From a bacterium (GTDB taxonomy: Bacteria; Zhuqueibacterota; Zhuqueibacteria; Oceanimicrobiales; Oceanimicrobiaceae): a stretch of DNA of 37,187 nucleotides. Location: NCBI GenBank assembly GCA_037446635.1, contig JBBIIG010000035.1, positions 5,297-42,483 of the forward strand, written 5' to 3'. The notes beneath the pieces are model-generated. The model searched no databases. It was not told the origin of the DNA and saw only the letters and a list, made by a program, of their open reading frames with translations. Numbering within the stretch: the stretch's first letter is position 1; every line of letters begins with the position of its first letter. Of this stretch, positions 35,844 to 37,187 are shown in pieces. Position numbers and translations under genes: made by a program.

Positions 35844-36018
35844 TTCTGCGATGCCTTCGACCCGCTGGCCGATAAGCTCACCTACAAATGGCAGGTCAAC
35901 CTGGGAGATTCCGGTCTATCGAAACCTGAAAGGCACGCAGCTCTCCCTAACGAACAGCGTGGGCGTGGACCTGCAGGTGGCGTTTAACTTTCGAGGGGTT
36001 CCAAAACTGACTCTATAA
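35844..36018 (+). pseudogene. Possible frameshifted 3' relic of an outer-membrane beta-barrel gene
   Basis: KLTYKWQVNL, then one extra G at about 35904, then EIPVYRNLKGTQLSLTNSVGVDLQVAFNF; two amphipathic strands; no start or SD. Confidence 0.35.
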
Positions 36019-36066
36019 ATTAAGAGTCTTCTTTTGAAATTCTTACTTAATACATAGGAGATTGTT

Positions 36067-36309
36067 ATGGCCTTTCCAAAAGTAATCATTTACACCCAGA
36101 CGGATTGACTGTTTTGCAACTACGCGAAAGAGTTTCTTTCGGAGAATCGGGTGCCTTATATCGAAAAGAATATTACCAAAGACGAAGCCGCTTTTAAAGA
36201 GCTGACCGAAGACTTGGGTATCATGTCTACCCCGGTTATAAAAATAAATGAGGAGATTATAACGGGTTTTAATCAAACAAAATTGCGCAAGCTGTTGGGA
36301 TTAAAATGA
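36067..36309 (+). CDS. Glutaredoxin/NrdH-like selenoprotein (UxxC), 80 aa
   Basis: SD AGGAG; MAFPKVIIYTQTD-U(TGA 36106-36108)-LFCNYAKEFLSENRVPYIEKNITKDEAAFKELTEDLGIMSTPVIKINEEIITGFNQTKLRKLLGLK*. The Grx fold (cis-Pro STP, GF) continues past the TGA. Confidence 0.85.
36125..36141 (+). promoter_or_regulatory. Candidate bacterial SECIS hairpin
   Basis: CGAAAGA-GTT-TCTTTCG; the apical loop starts with GU at position +24 after the UGA. Confidence 0.6.
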
Positions 36310-36352
36310 TCCCCTGGTTCGTTAATCATCGTGAGAATAACTGGAGAAAAAA

Positions 36353-37187
36353 ATGAACTATCTAAGCATACTTTTACTTTTTCTATTTTTGAATACGGCA
36401 TCTGGTCAAACCATCCCTGTTGGCAAAGGCCCGGATGCTCTTTTCTTAACGCCAAACGAACAGTATCTTTACGTCGCCAACGTCGAAGACACCTTCATCA
36501 GCGTCATCGATACTCGCACGGATAAGGTGGTGCAAACCATCGATGGCGTGGATTATCCCTGGGGCTTCACCCGCCTGGGCGAGACGAATTTAGTGGCGGT
36601 CAGCGGTTGGGACAAAGGCGTCGATGTCATTGATTTCACCACTCATAAAATTGTGCGATCCAAACGCTACGAGCACAATTTAGGCGGCATCACCTCGACC
36701 AAAGATGGGAAGACCCTGTTCGTGGTTGCTACGGATGCCAACAAAGTTCTGAAAATTGACGCCAGCACGCTGGAAATTTTGTCGGAGTACCAAACCGGCA
36801 GCGGCCCGGATGGGATTGGCATTTCCAAAGACCAGACCAAAATTTATGTCACGAACACCAAAGACGGCAGCATTTCCGTCATAAATCTGGCCACGAAAAA
36901 AGCCACTGTCATTAAAACCGGCGGCAAGCCGGAACTCATTCACGGCACGCCCGACCATTCTCTGCTCTTTATTAGCAATTTCAATGACAACAAAATCCAC
37001 ATCCTCGATACCCAAACCGACAAGATCATTCATGAAATCACCGGGCTGGATGGTCCGGAAGAAGCGGTGCTGTCCAAATCCGGGGAGACGCTGTTTGTGG
37101 TGAATTTCAATTCTGCAAAAGTGTTCCGTTACGATGCCAAGAGCTACAAGAAGCGGCCTGAGGAATTCGCCGTCGGCAGCAAGCCCA
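36353..37187 (+). CDS. Exported YVTN/YncE-type beta-propeller protein (3'-truncated by the window)
   Basis: SD GGAG; MNYLSILLLFLFLNTASG signal, then IPVGKGPD...YLYVAN...ISVID and GSGPDG...IYVTN...GSISVIN repeats; open to the window end. Confidence 0.9.
   Translation, partial: MNYLSILLLFLFLNTASGQTIPVGKGPDALFLTPNEQYLYVANVEDTFISVIDTRTDKVVQTIDGVDYPWGFTRLGETNLVAVSGWDKGVDVIDFTTHKIVRSKRYEHNLGGITSTKDGKTLFVVATDANKVLKIDASTLEILSEYQTGSGPDGIGISKDQTKIYVTNTKDGSISVINLATKKATVIKTGGKPELIHGTPDHSLLFISNFNDNKIHILDTQTDKIIHEITGLDGPEEAVLSKSGETLFVVNFNSAKVFRYDAKSYKKRPEEFAVGSKP

Noticed and set aside
31200..36020. mer cluster as a transposon or integrative element
   Set aside because: No transposase, integrase, terminal inverted repeats or target duplication is visible around it in this window.
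36043..36525. ORFs 36043..36276(-), 36273..36455(-) and 36331..36525(+)
   Set aside because: Shadows of the Sec-glutaredoxin and the YVTN propeller gene.

Overview
Bacterial chromosomal window with no rRNA, tRNA or CRISPR array. The gene content and dense intergenic palindromes suggest an FCB-group or related heterotroph (inference only). Positions 1-31100 hold two tandem MATE pumps, a saccharopine/lysine dehydrogenase-family enzyme, two M1 and one S9 peptidase, FKBP, RRM and THUMP-methyltransferase genes, a TetR-TolC-MFP-RND efflux operon, a REP-associated tyrosine transposase (RAYT) inside REP-doublet arrays, an ECF sigma/anti-sigma pair, and a cupredoxin-like + beta-barrel + histidine kinase module. 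Positions 31246-37187 hold an ArsR-regulated, MerR-less, extended mercury-resistance operon (arsR-merT-merP-merF-like...merA). It contains elements the ORF track misses. These are a 24-aa CC...CC peptide, a membrane protein whose stop codon is in frame with merA inside the NmerA domain, and a probable selenocysteine (UxxC) glutaredoxin with a SECIS-like hairpin directly after merA. A tiny CCCGCC...GGCAGG palindrome appears to be inserted in frame in two unrelated peptidase genes. All family calls come from motif reading; no searches were run.
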